A stretch of DNA of 63,227 bases, counting the filler, from Dugesia japonica (lineage: Eukaryota): the NCBI GenBank assembly GCA_001938525.1. It is 5 parts of 5 records of this genome, joined end to end, with 100 filler letters (N's around TTAATTAATTAA, not from the genome) between each part and the next. Parts side by side here need not be neighbours in the genome. Positions count along the whole stretch, not along the records: positions 1 to 25,758 come from MQRL01619024.1; 4 more parts are not named here. One strand, given 5' to 3'. Positions 1 through 13,029 of this stretch are shown piece by piece; the first letter of the stretch is position 1; each line of letters starts with the position of its first letter. A program made the position numbers and the translations under genes. The notes beneath the pieces are model-generated. The model did no database searches and was not told the origin of the DNA. It worked only from the letters and a program-made list of their open reading frames with translations.

Positions 1-845
1 CCAATCAAAGAAAATAATTATAAAAGCTTTTATGACAACAAACGCAGTCAAATTATATGAAGCAAAAGATTCAAAGATTGAAGATTTCGAAACAAGATGT
101 AGAGAAGCATTTTCAGAGCTTGCAGATCTTGGTAAAGATCTAAATAATGACTTAAAATATTGTAGAATAAATGAATCCTCAATTTCATTTTTTTCAAAAG
201 TTCAAAAATTAGCAGTTGAATTCTGGCGTCACAAGTTAACAAAACAAACTCGTCAAATTCTTTTAACAAAATTCAATGGACGATAAAGAAGTTAAATAGG
301 AAATCAAAATGCGAGACATAGAAGATGTTGAAAAAATTAAAGAAGTTATAATTAAAATTAATGGATTGAAAAAGGAAATTGAACAAGAATATGGAATATC
401 AGCGTTGAAGAAAAAAGTTACATATGCAACAGTAGCGAGTGAAATTCTAAATTCAAATAATAGATTTAATAAACCAAGATTCAATGGAAATTTAAATAAA
501 AGTAAAAATTATGAACAGAAATATGATTCCAAGATATATCGAAGAAATACCGGAAATTTTATGAGAGGAAATTATGAGCCCAATTTTCAGACTTTCAGAG
601 TGAGAAAATGTTGGGCATTTGGAAAAGATGGTCACATCCGCTCACAATGTCCTAATGTTAAATGTTTGCATTGTAAGAATCCAGGACATCTTCGATTTCA
701 ATGCCATAAAATTAATCCTTTGAGAGCAGAAAGAAGACAAATCTACAACAAGCAACAAAGATTTCAAATGAATACCTATGATGATGATGATGATGCTTGT
801 CCCAGTGATGGAGTATAACAAGGAGATAATTCGGGAAATGCCTAA
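1..845 (+). pseudogene. gag: Ty3/Gypsy element 1 gag (5' truncated, internal stops)
   Basis: Two zinc knuckles, CWAFGKDGHIRSQC (degenerate) and CLHCKNPGHLRFQC, in ORF 309-818. The frame reads on to SGNA* at 843-845, directly upstream of pol motifs. Confidence 0.85.
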
Positions 846-874
846 GCTCTGATGAGGGAGGATCCAATTGGAGC
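833..874 (+). promoter_or_regulatory. Putative -1 ribosomal frameshift signal at the gag-pol junction
   Basis: G GGA AAT slippery heptamer (833-839) in gag phase, a 6-nt spacer, then stem GCTCTGAT/ATTGGAGC (846-853/867-874). The -1 frame is the same frame as the protease ORF at 1250. Confidence 0.6.
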
Positions 875-1189
875 TAGAAATCTAGGTCAGATAATAATGT
901 TTTGATCACTAATGTATGTGATATGACTGCTTGTGAATGTTTGTTTGATGTAAATAATAAAAATTTTAAAAAATTGAATGATTTAGTTTGATTGAATGAA
1001 TGTAAATATTTGCCGATTGATGATTTATTTAAAAAAACTATAGAATATAAAAATGATTATTTTATAGATAATATTTTAATTCCTAATTGTGCTTCAGCTT
1101 TAAATAAGGATTTAAATAATGCAAATTTAATAAATAATTATTAAGATAAGATTGTGTATAATAAAATGTCCGAAAGACCCTGATTAAAG

Positions 1190-4108
1190 TTAAAGTTAAA
1201 TAACGAATTAAATGTTAATTGTTTACTTGATACTGGCGCTAAGATTATTGTGATTGACCATGCAATATTTTTAAAATTAAATATTACTAAAATTAAAAGT
1301 GAATATATTAATGTTACTTGTGCTAATGAAAGTCAATTAAAAATAAAAGGTAGTATTATATTAAAAATTACACTTAATAATCAAACAGAATATATTAAGT
1401 TTTATGTTGCAGAAAATATTTCTCCCAGTGTTATTGCCGGAATTGGTTTTCTATCTAAATTTAATATCAAATTAAAAATGCTTAATTATATTGAATAAAA
1501 AATATGTGAAATAAAAACTTTGAACTTTAAAAATGAAATGAATAAAAATATTAGTGACATAATTGAATGATTTTCATAAATTTTTATGAAAGATAAATAT
1601 GATGTAGGTAAGACAACACTATTAAAACATGAATTTGTTACCCACGGTGGTCCAGTTGTAGTAAATACTAGGTGAAAACCTATACATTTAGAAGATAAAA
1701 TTAATAAGGCTATTTTAAAAATGGAAGAAAAGGGTATAATTAAACACTGTGATTCTGAGTGGAATAGTTCATTAGTTTGTGTTTGGAAGAAAGAGAAAAA
1801 AGACATTAAATATTGCTTGGATTTTAGATTATTGAATAATATAATGGAGAGACCATTGTTCCTAATACTAAATATAGGAGAAATGCTTGACATTTTGAAT
1901 GGATCAAAATATTTTACAACAATAAATTTGTGTAATGCATATTACCAGGTATAATTAGAGGAAAGTTCAAAATACAAAACGGCATTTTCTACAAAGTTTG
2001 GCCAATTTTGCTTCAACCAAATGCCATTTGGAATAGTTGCAGCACCAGCAACATTTCAAAAATTAATGACAAAAGTTTTAGGACCATTAAATTGAAAGGA
2101 AGCTATTGTTTATCTTGATGATATACTGATATTTTCNAAAANTGAGAAAGAGNATACAAAAAAATTGGAAAATGTTTTTAATCAAATCAAAAATTCAGGT
2201 TTGAAATTAAGTTCTGATAAATGTGTATATGTGAAAAGTGAGATTAGGTTTCTTGACCATATCATTTCAAAAGATGGTTTAAAAATAGATCCAGAAAATA
2301 TAAGAGCAATTAAAGAATTTGAACAATCTAAGTGTTTGAAAAATCTTCGTGGCTTTTTAGGGCTTACAAATTATTACAGAAAATTTATTAAATATTATTC
2401 AAAACAATTGAGGATATTAGAAAGTTTATGTGGAAACAAAAAAAATTAATTAATTTGGTCAGATCAATGAAAACAAAGTTTTGAAGCTTTTAAAATAGAA
2501 CAAATGAAGGCTCCTATACTTATTTATCCAGATTTATCCAAAGAATTTATACTGGATACAGATGCTAGCCTTGACACATTTGGTAGAGTTTTATCACAGT
2601 TAGATGAACAATGCAATGCACAGGTTATAGCTTATGGATCAAAATTAGGTTATTCTATAACCAGAAAAGAGCTTCTAGCAATAATTTATTTTACTGAACA
2701 TTATAAACACTATTTATAGGCGAAAAGATTTAAACTTCGAACTGATCACAAAGCCATAACTTTTATGATGAATACAAAAAACTGATTACTCCACAATTTT
2801 AGACATAGATCAATTATTTAAGTTTTTCAATGTTAAATAAATCGTGAGAATTCGAAAAAAGGGAAAATGAAAACAAAAGTCTTAGCAATTGAGCTTAAAA
2901 CAAATGGTAATAAATGGCAAAAAAACTCTGAAGAAATTAATAATATAATAGGTAACCTAAAAAATGGTGAAATGAATTCAAAATTTAAGTTTTCAAATTG
3001 TATCATAATGACTAAAAATAATAAAATTTAGATTCCTTTGGAATGCAAAAAATTATTTGTAAGAAATAAACACGAATCATTATGAAATATAAGTTCTCGA
3101 AAAATGGCAACTCATATAAGAGCAAATCATGATATAGAAGATCTAGAAGAAATATTAAAAGAGATTACTCAAAGTTGTAAAAAATGTCAATTAAGAAAAA
3201 CAGACAACTCAAACAAAAGAAAAACTATTACTGTTCCAGTTGATGACAAATCATTCTTATTGACTTTTGTGGTCCTTTAAAGAAAACATTATATGGAAAA
3301 CAATACATTTTAGCTATAAATGATAAAGTTAATAGATTCATATCTCTCAATGCAGTATCATATCAAGATGAAAATACCACTGTTTAAATATTAAAAAATA
3401 ATTGAATTTTCAAATACGGTGCACCGAGAATAATACATACAGATCGTGGGAAATCATTTGAATCAAATCTATTCCAACAATTAGCTAAGGAATTTAATTG
3501 TGAAATCCAATACTCTAGTCCATATCATCATAGTACAGTGCAGTCTTGTTAACCCGCGGTCACTGGGGTCCATGATCTACCCCCTTGGGTTAAGTCAAGT
3601 GGGAGTCATATTTGTCATTTAACAAATAAGAAAGAAAATGTACAAAACAAATAAAATACATTTATTATTAATACATATATGTAAAAATATAAGAAACAAT
3701 CACTTTTTTATCAACCCATCTATAATATTAAGTTGTTTTCTAGAAATGTTTTGAAATTTATTTAATTCCTGGAACATAGTTCTTGCTTGCAGGACTCGGG
3801 TCTGAATGCCCTTTTATTCATAAAAGTCCCTTAAAACTATGTATGTGTAAATTCGGGAGCCAAGGCAGAATTGCGGGTTAAGCAGAACTGTGGGTTAACG
3901 AGGCGCGGGTTAGTGGGACTGCATTGTAGTAATAGAATAATTGAAAAATAATTTCGATTTATATGAGATACAATTCATATTAGCTTACAAGATAAGAAAA
4001 AGCAGGACTGGATCAAAATTTTAGCAGAAAAAGAATTTATGCTGAACACCACAATTCAGAGTACGACGAATGTATATCCAGCTGAAATAGGTTTTAGGAA
4101 AAATTTAA
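1190..4108 (+). pseudogene. pol: Ty3/Gypsy element 1 pol (PR-RT-RNaseH-IN), decayed
   Basis: CLLDTGA (~1220), LDFRLLN, MPFG, YLDD (2111), FILDTDAS (~2546), RTDHKA, IHTDRGKSFES (~3432), YSSPYHH (~3511). Domain order is Gypsy-type; many stops and frameshifts. Confidence 0.93.
3536..3926. mobile_element. Tc1/mariner-superfamily (pogo/Tigger-like) MITE inserted in the Gypsy integrase
   Basis: Imperfect 23-bp TIRs (CAGTGCAGTCTTGTTAACCCGCG versus reverse complement CAATGCAGTCCCACTAACCCGCG). TA on both sides (3534-35, 3927-28). Subterminal GGGTTAA repeats. Removing the element restores HHSSN in frame. Confidence 0.85.
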
Positions 4109-4439
4109 TCGTCAAGGAGTGCTGGGCACGTTTCAAAAGCCCCAATTGGTATGATATACTCTTATGCATGTCATCTAGCCGGAACTACTGGGTGTCTTGA
4201 CTACTGCGTCACCATAAACGGTATTTACTTGAGTGTAATTACCGGAAGCACCTCATCACGTAAAAGCAATTCGCATTGGTAAATTGTTAGAATTAACTAG
4301 CCTGATCTCATGACAAAGTTTTCTTTGCTGGTTTGTCCTTACATACATGCGCATGATAGGATTCAGATATTGAAGTGCTCTTAAGTTAATTCAAACACGC
4401 ATAATAAATTCGAATGAAAAAAGGATTTTACATTGTTAA

Positions 4440-4960
4440 ATTTCGATAGCGGAGTATGATGTCAGGTATGAAAAGATCTCAAGTTTAGATATGACGAAAG
4501 ATTTCAAGTTAATTGCCATAGTTAATTGTTCAGATATGAAACAATTTCAAGTTTAGAAATGAAAAGAGATTTCAAGTTTAATTGTCATAGTTAGTTGTTC
4601 AGATACGAAAAAGGACTTCAAGATTAATTGTTTTAGTTAATTTCATGCATAATTGTTCGGATAGGTATAGGATTTAAAGTTTAACTGTTCTTAAAAAAAG
4701 AATTATCATATAAAAAAGGATTTAAATCTAATTGTGCTTATGAAGAAGGATTATCTCGTAGTTAATTTTACGCATAAGGATTAAGATTTAAAAAAATTCC
4801 ACGCTTAAACGTTCTGATAAAAAAGGGGGATTATCACGCATAATTATTTGAATATTAAAAGAATTCCAAGCTTAATTGTTCTTCTAGAAAGGAATTTTCA
4901 TAATTGATTCCACGCATAGTTGTTCAAAGATGAAAAGCAATTAATAAGATTCAAGGGCTT
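4440..4960. repeat. Degenerate tandem repeat array upstream of the element 2 gag (possibly inside its LTR or leader)
   Basis: Recurrent GATTTCAAGTT(T)AATTG, ATAGTTAATTGTTCAGATA and ACGCATA units. Confidence 0.7.
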
Positions 4961-5289
4961 CAACGAGAACGTCGAATTTGTACAAACCCGGGTGAGGAAT
5001 GAACGATAAAATTATCTTCAGGGTATGGCTAAAATAACATACTAACGGAAACCAAAAAAAAGGATACAAAAAGATAAATACTGAGGGTAAAATTGTATTG
5101 TTATATGAAAAAAAATCTTGTTACGGGTACAGAGCATTCATTGGAGAAAGCACATTCAAGCCGGAAATCGTTGCAACAAATAGGCTTTATCCAGGTATAA
5201 AACTTTACTAACTATCATTATAACTAATATCATTACTAACTATCAACTATAACCAGTTATTGCTCCAAAAGCCTGTCTAGAGATAGTGG

Positions 5290-8200
5290 GGTAAACCCTT
5301 CGACAGAAACCCGGAATATGTAGATGAATTCCTATGGAGCTACGAACATTACGCAAATTCCTATGGTTATAGTTAAAAACATAAAATTGACTTGGTAGCA
5401 CTGTAACTTAAAGAAAATGCTTTAAAAGTTTACCGACAACATAGTCAAGAAACTATTGAACCATTCAAATCATGGAAGGAAGTAGACCTACTTCTTAGAC
5501 ATAGTTTTAAAGAACAAAGAGACTTTCTACAAGCAAGAAAGGAACTCTCACAATGTCAACAACATGACGAGGAGTCATCTCAGAATTACGCCATACGATT
5601 TAGACAACGATTATTTAAAGTACCTTGGCCAAAGGAAACCGGCGATCAATGTGTGGGAATTTACATTAAAGGAATCAAAAGTAAAGAAATACAACAATTA
5701 GTTAAACTAAAAGAGCCCAAAACAATTACAGAAGCCATAACAATACATCGAGCGGAAGAAAAAGAGATACTAGGGCAGAATTACGTATCCATGCTTTGCC
5801 AGAAATGTCGCAATAAAGGTCATACAGCGACAGAATGCTTATCAAAGAAGAAGAAATGTGGAAAGTGCGGGCGCAAGGGACATAAAATGGAAGAGTGCCC
5901 AAACCCGGCACTCATTTGTCGCTATTGTCAAAAAATGGGTCACCAAATATTGAATTGACCCAAGAAAGGATGTCAAGGTAGTAGAAATAATATGGAAGAA
6001 GATGAAGAGGTACATTGTTGGAATGGAAATTGGCAAGTTTAAAAAATATTACCCAAGAATAATGAACCAGAAAGATTGTATATGCTACATATTGAATCAA
6101 AAAGGTCACCCATAAATCAAGAATTGAAGAAAGCAGAAAAAGCTAACATCAGGAAAGCAATGGAAGAAGGAGCAGTAAAAGAACAAAAAAACAAACTGAT
6201 ATGGTGACGATATAAACAACTGGAAGGAAGAAAACGAGAAAAAAATGAAACCTTTCAGGAGTTTGCAGCCGCAATAAAGAATTTGGCAAGATTAGCAGGC
6301 CTAGCAAATGAACAAATGATAGTAAGATGTTTCAGATCTGGATTACGAGACACATTGATAAGAAGTAATTTAGCTTCAAGCAAACCCCACAATTTGACTA
6401 CCGCTATATTAAAAGCGGAAGCAATGAGGGAAGTATTAGCAGAGCAACGACTAATTTTAGGAAAGGAAACTGCTAATCACGAAACAAGGTATAAACAATT
6501 TAACATGTAAAATAGATGTCAAAATTGCCAAGAACTCATCATAATACTAATCAATGTACTATTAAATATACGTATTGTAGCATCTGCTGTCGGAAAAATC
6601 ACCCTATAGATATAAATCTATGATCTCTACCAACTTCTTCCTTTTTCGTTATAGCAAGAATGCTATACAAGAAACATCTATTATCATAGTTCTGTACATT
6701 AACAATGGCTTTTTGTTGGCACAGATATTGTAGCAAATGCGGTAAAAAGGATCACCCGGAAGAGATATGTCTACTCAAGAGAATCAGAACAGAAGAAGAT
6801 CAAAGTTCAAGAGACGATAACGAAAGTAGCGAAACTCATAGCCAAAAAAGTGTGAACCAAAGTAAAGAATCAACTAAATTGCACATGCTAAGAATCAAAG
6901 TACATGATTGCCTAAGAATTAATGAGGTATTACCAAAGGCTCAGCGAGTACAAAAATGTTACAATTGCAACAAAGAAGGGCACCAAGCTAAAGATTGTCA
7001 AACAAAAAATAAAGTGTGTTACATCTGTGGAAAACAGGGCCATATCGCAAGATTATGTCTAGACAGAATAGACTTTGCAGGACCAAGGAATATAACAGAA
7101 GTCAGAAGAAGTTGTAATTAAGAAGAAAACCGTTTTCCAATTAAATATGTACAATGGTATCAAATACGACAAGATAAAGATGCTAAAAATACCAGGAATA
7201 AAGAGGTACTAGGAATCCTGTCCAAAGAAAACCATCAGTTACGTGAGCGAATGAAAAGTAATCATCAAAGAATCACTCGACTAAGAAAAGCCCTAGCCGA
7301 ACTAAAGCTCAATGGAGAAGAAAAGTCATCAGAGGAAATCATGCAAAATGAGAATAAAATAACTCCAGAAGATAAAACAAACACCGAATCTAACGAAGAG
7401 GAGCAAAACGAGCAAATAGCTGTAATAGTAACTTAAGATAGCGGATTTAGCCTTTCACTAATAGTACAAATAAACAACCAAACACTGAAAACCCTTTTAG
7501 ATACTGGAGCATCCCGATCAGTATTGAATATAAAAAATGGATCCCGAAACAAAAGAAAAGAAATAAAACCCTATACAACCAGAGCAACAGGGGTTAATTG
7601 GGAAACCATGCAGATCATTGGAACATTAGAGTACAATGCACAACTTCAAGAAAAAACGATAAAACACCAATTCCGTGTAATGAAAACCAATGTAGATGCA
7701 GTATTGGGAACAGATTTAATGCCAAAATTGTTAATTGGGACAAAATTGGATTTTAGTACATTCCAAATCGAATTGGAAAAACCAAAATCAGAAGTGATAA
7801 GCATGTTGCAAGTAAGTCAAGAAATTCCTAATCTATGAAAAGACCAAAACATTTGGGAAGACCAATATCAAAATTGTCTAACTAAGGAAACTATAAAAAT
7901 AAATACCAGAGGAATGAATAACGAATAAGAGGCAGAAAGAGATTGTGTAAATAAAGTCCAAGAGGTCATCAAAGTAATAAGTAAAAATAAACAACTGATT
8001 TCAACCAGAACAGCAGAACTCATCGGAGCTCTACATAGTTTTAAACCAATTATTAGTCAAGAACACCAAGTGTTATTAGAAGAGTTAGTATAACCAAGGT
8101 CAAAAGTTATTAGGTTTAAAACAATAATCATTTAAAACATATGTTTTATGGCTTTGCAATAAGAGAAAACTGATCATATCACGAGATTATCGCTGGTGTG

Positions 8201-10424
8201 ATATAGCGGAATTAATTGAAAATAACCGACAGACGAAAAAAGGGAAGAATTATATTTCGGTTCTACACTTATTGACAGCGAATCCATGGACTCAATACAA
8301 TTAGGAGTACTCTGGAAAAATGCTCGCATAGATATATTCGTCCAGAATAAAGGAAATGGAAGAAATAACCGACATCTGAACCGAAGAAAGGCCTCCGAGC
8401 ATTAACATTATTTAACGACCAGATAGCATCAAAGTGCCAAGAACCAAAATCGGCAATGAACAAAAAAACAAAGTATGAAAAGAACATTGAAGAAAAAGAA
8501 ATCTTGAATGCATCTAAAGACTAACTACAAACGGTAGCTATGCAACTACAAGAATTAAACAAAATAACTCACAAAGTAAATATAATGCCTGAAGAAGCAG
8601 AAGAAAAAACTGTGTTAGTAACAAGGTTACTAAAACTCGTAGAACAAGAACGGCGGATCTTTATCAGTATGCAAAAGTGCAAAATATGTAAAAAGAAGAG
8701 AGATATAAAAGAAAGTTGTTGGGCAGATAAAATATGCAAAATAGAACACATGTGGCAAAAAAGAACACATATGAAAGAATTGTAGCAATAAGCGGAAAAT
8801 GGTTAGAAAAGAAACAACCCAAAAGGTTGCCACAGTAATGAGGAACAAGAAAATATAGTGACCGACTCGATTAAACTCTGCATGCTACAGGTGGAAACTG
8901 TAGATATAATAGAACCTGATGACTTCACAGAAGTAGTATAAAAAAAGAAAAGAGAAAGGAAAAAAATTAGAGAAATGAAAACCAGAAGCCAGTTATCAGA
9001 AGTAGGCACTCTAAATATACAGAAAGCCGAAAAAAATCAAACATGTAACCAAGAACAAGTAAACTATATAACAAGGTCGAACTTAAATCAAGAGTCGAAA
9101 TTATCATCAAACAACGATCTTACCGATCAGATGGAAGAACTGTTATGGGTATTAACGTTACAACAAAAGGAGTTGGAAGAGGTAACCAATGCAGTACGGA
9201 AAGTATCGGTAGAAGCAATAGTAGAAAATGTCTTAAAATCAAGGCTATCGAATTTCAGAGAACAAGAAAAACAGACGAAATTCGCAATGTAATTGTTGTT
9301 AAAAACCTGGAATGAAACGGAAGAAAATATAATGAAACCCATGATACCAGAACAAAAAAACTATACGTGTAGTGAATGTGGTAAACGTGGTCATCTGGCA
9401 ACCTGGTGTTGGAAAAATAGATTATGTAAATATTGTGGGGAATCAGATCACCCAAAGAAACTATGTTGGAAAAAACCATGCAAATTATGTAGCAAATTAG
9501 AACATACAGAGAAACAATGTAAAAAAGAATCGGATATCGAACCTATCTTTAGAGAGAAAGGTTGCACGAGATGTGAAAAAAAGAGACCACACGATAGCTT
9601 CATGTGGGATAAAACCAAAAAATGTGGGTGCAAAGAACATACTGAAATAGTATGCCAACCGGAAAAGCAATGTACTAAGTGGAAGAGGACATCTAGCAGA
9701 ACAATTTGGTATTCCTAGATGTTTCAACTGTGGTAGAGCCGGACACATCATGAGAAGGTGCCGATTTAAAGCAAGTAATGAAGACTTAGCTATAATAATA
9801 GAAAGATCAAACAAGTTTTGTATGTTACAAGTAACCAAGGAAGAGGAATTAACGCAAACACCTGACATTTTGAATGGAAACCAATTAATGACACATGTAG
9901 AACAAGATAATTATCAGACAGTACCAGAAGACTGGCAGAAAATGCTTAATGCATACGATGGCCGGATATCCAGATTAGAGGAAGCCTTACGGTTGAGTGA
10001 AATGAAATTCCAAAATTTCAAGTTTTTAGCAGATAAAGGAATGGGAGAAAAAAGAGATGCGATAATATTAAGGGATACAGAGATGGCCCACCTACAAAGA
10101 AGAATATCATTCAACCAAAACCATAAATCCCTAGTAGAAAAGGCTTTACGTTCAAGCCAAATACAATGTCAAAACTTTAAACTATTGTCTGAGAAGACCA
10201 TGGAAGAACAGAGGGCAACCAATGGAAAATTGTTAGAAATAATTGAGGAAAGAAAACCATTCTACAAATTTTTAACGGATCAACAAAAGAACTGGAAAAC
10301 AGGAACAAACAAAAATTTAAACATGAGCAAAATCGATCAGCCTCAAACTCCAAAACCAAATGATAACGAAACCTGGAACAAAACAGCACCAACAAAGCCC
10401 ATTGCAATAATTAGCCTCATCTGA
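5290..10424 (+). pseudogene. gag: Gypsy-like element 2: expanded Gag-protease polyprotein with many zinc knuckles
   Basis: Gag N-terminus KPFD..DEFLWSYEHYA. A second capsid C-terminal-like block at 6205-6510. CX2CX4HX4C clusters at 5797-5958, 6517-7060, 8677-8830 and 9367-9761. Protease LLDTGAS at ~7494. Strongly A-rich; broken by stops and frameshifts. Confidence 0.85.
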
Positions 10425-10489
10425 CAAAACCAATCATTCAATGGACAATCAGACCACTCGATAATCTATTCAGGAGAAAGTAACGATCA

Positions 10490-12745
10490 TATAAGTAAGT
10501 GTATAATATTATCAACAGTAGATATAGACCAAGCGTATTATAAAGTCGAACTAGAAGAGAAGCTTAAAATTAAAACCGCTTTTTTACAAAGAAAGGCCAG
10601 TATTGCTATGATCGCATGCCATTCGGCCTATCAACCAATCTAGCTACGTTTCAAAAATTAATGCAAACAATTTTGTCAAATATTCTATTTAAAGGCGTTG
10701 TAGTTTTTATTGATGATGCTCTAATCTTTGCGAAAGTTGGAAGGAACATGATCGCATTCTATCAAAAGTATTTCAAAGAATTCAAACATCTGGTCTTAAA
10801 GTAAATCCAGCCACATGTAAACTGTATCAATAGAAACTAGTGTTTTTGGGTGATACAACAAATAAATTTGGATAAAAACCAAATTTGGAGAAAGTCAAGA
10901 AGATTGTTAATGCTGGAATTCCAAAATTTACTAAAGAATTGCGATGTTTTCTTGGAATGGCAAATTATTACAGGAAATTTATAAAGAATTTTTCACAACT
11001 TGCTACATCTGTATATGCTGCTCCAGAATGTCAAAAGCACGAGATAATGTAGACAAAAGAATGCGAGATGAGTTTCAGGAAAATCAAGGAAGCTCTTTGT
11101 AATTCTCAAGTATTTGGGTATCCTAATTCAGAAAGTCAATTTATTCTGGATACTTATGCCAGTTCTTCGGGACTTGGTGCTGTATTGAGCCAATCACAAA
11201 ATGGTATAGAAGTCGTTATAGCATATAGATCAAGGTTGTTGATATTGTGTGACCAGGAAGGAGTTATTGGCTCTTTATGAATTTATTCGACATTTTCTAC
11301 ATTATCTTTATGAGAAAAGTTTTGTCGCAAGAACAGATCACAAAGCTTTAGAGTTTATAAAGAATTCAGAAAACCGATTACGCCACAGTTTCAGACTTAG
11401 ATGAACGAATTATCAGAATATAATTTCGTATTGAAGTATAGAAAAGGGGAACATCATTACATAGCTGATGGTATTTCAAGATTGCCAATGTCAGACTGAA
11501 CATGAAAATGCCAAGTCTAAATCGTCTATGGTAAAATATTTAAATGTTATGAACGTTTTCAGAAGTAATTTGCACAATTACATAAAGAAATTTAAAGAAG
11601 ACGAATTATTTAAGGAAATCAAAATTTAATTGATGGACAAATATGTTAAATTATCAGAAACGTTTAAAACTTCCCAGTATTTTAAATATTTGGATAGGTT
11701 TTTAATTGAAGACGATATTCTGTTAATTGAGTCAGATGATGAGCAAAAGATAGTGGTTCCAAAAAGATGCTTAACTGATTTTATGAACAAATTTCGTAGA
11801 GATTTATGCCATGTAGGAATAAAGAAAACAACAAAATATATATCTGATTATTTCTTCTGGCCGAATATAATTAAGGATGTTTGGAATGCTATCAAAGTGC
11901 TATCATTTTTGTATGTACAGAAAGGTTAGTAGTGAGAAAGTTAAGGAAACATTTATATCAAGATACGCAGCTAACCCGATGGAACCAATCGCGATAGATG
12001 TTGCGTATATGGATAACATTAAATCCAAAAAAAAATACATTATAGTAATAATTGATCAGTTCAATAAGTTAGTTAGTCTTATTGCAACCACAAATCAAAA
12101 CGAAAACACGATCAAAAGTGCATTGTTAAACAACTGTATTTACAAATATAGATAACCTAAAACGTATTGTTTCTGAGCGAGGAAAAGTATTTGAAGGAAA
12201 TGTTTAACAATAATTGGCTTCAAGATTTCATATTTTGTGGATATTTATATCTCCCAATGAGCATAAGTCAAATGGTTTAGAAGAGCGCGCAATTAGAACT
12301 GTCAGAGATATGATAGTAACATCCTTGAAATCTGGAGGAGAGGAGAAGTGTTGGAATGAAATCCATCCAAAAGTTGAGATTTCATTTAATTGCACGATAT
12401 CAAAGGTGGTAGGATTTTCTCCGATGGAAGTTATCTATGGAAGGAAAATTAATATTCATTTAACGAAAGAATTCAAGAGTAACCGTAAAGAAGTTCTGTA
12501 AAAAGCCGAAAGTAACATAAACGAAGCTTCAAAAATAGAGATGAATCAAGAAGGAAACCGAGTTGAAAGGGAATTTAAAGTTGGATATAAAGTTCTGGTA
12601 AAGAGAGATCGGACAAAACGAAAGAAAAATGATTATATATATGATGGACCTTACAAAATTATGGAATTCCTATCACTTCATCAAGTAAGATTGCAGAATT
12701 CAGAAGTTTCGAAATACAGACGTATAGAATAACTGAAAAGGTGTT
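10490..12745 (+). pseudogene. pol: Ty3/Gypsy pol (RT lacking its N-terminus, RNaseH, integrase with GPY motif)
   Basis: STVDIDQAYY, MPFGL, FIDD, FILDTYASSSGLGAVLSQ, RTDHKAL, CHVGIKKT..FFWP, IAIDVAY, SNGLEERAIRTVRD, YDGPYKI. Confidence 0.92.
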
Positions 12746-12753
12746 AACAATCT

Positions 12754-13019
12754 GGAAGAGACGGAGGGGTTGGAAATAAATGTGACCTTGAAGTTTTGTT
12801 TGTATATTAAAATGTAAATAATAAAGATATTTTCAAAATTTAAGATGTCTGTTATTACTGATTTAACTTGTAAGATGGGATATCGATAGACAATTCCCTA
12901 AGTTTGTCGTAAATTCGTAATGATGCGAATGAGTAGATAATTAGGCTTTTAGTTCATTATTCTGAATAATTTTTTGATTGAAATTTCTTTTTCTTTTGAA
13001 TTCTACTGAAAATCGCAAC
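12754..13019 (+). repeat. Polypurine tract and probable 3' LTR
   Basis: GGAAGAGACGGAGGGG immediately after the integrase end, followed by a TTGG...GCAAC segment. LTR limits are approximate. Confidence 0.5.
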
Positions 13020-13029
13020 GATATTTATA

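Noticed and set aside
849-880. CTGATGA...GAAA as a hammerhead core
   Set aside because: No convincing stem II or stem I; the segment is better explained as the frameshift stem.
4440-4960. CRISPR-like array
   Set aside because: Repeats are degenerate without unique fixed-length spacers, there are no cas genes, and the context is eukaryotic. The same applies to 56640-57115.
1-12745. Alternative genetic code suggested by frequent in-frame stops
   Set aside because: Stops replace Trp, Gln and Arg inconsistently and occur alongside frameshifts, which fits mutational decay.
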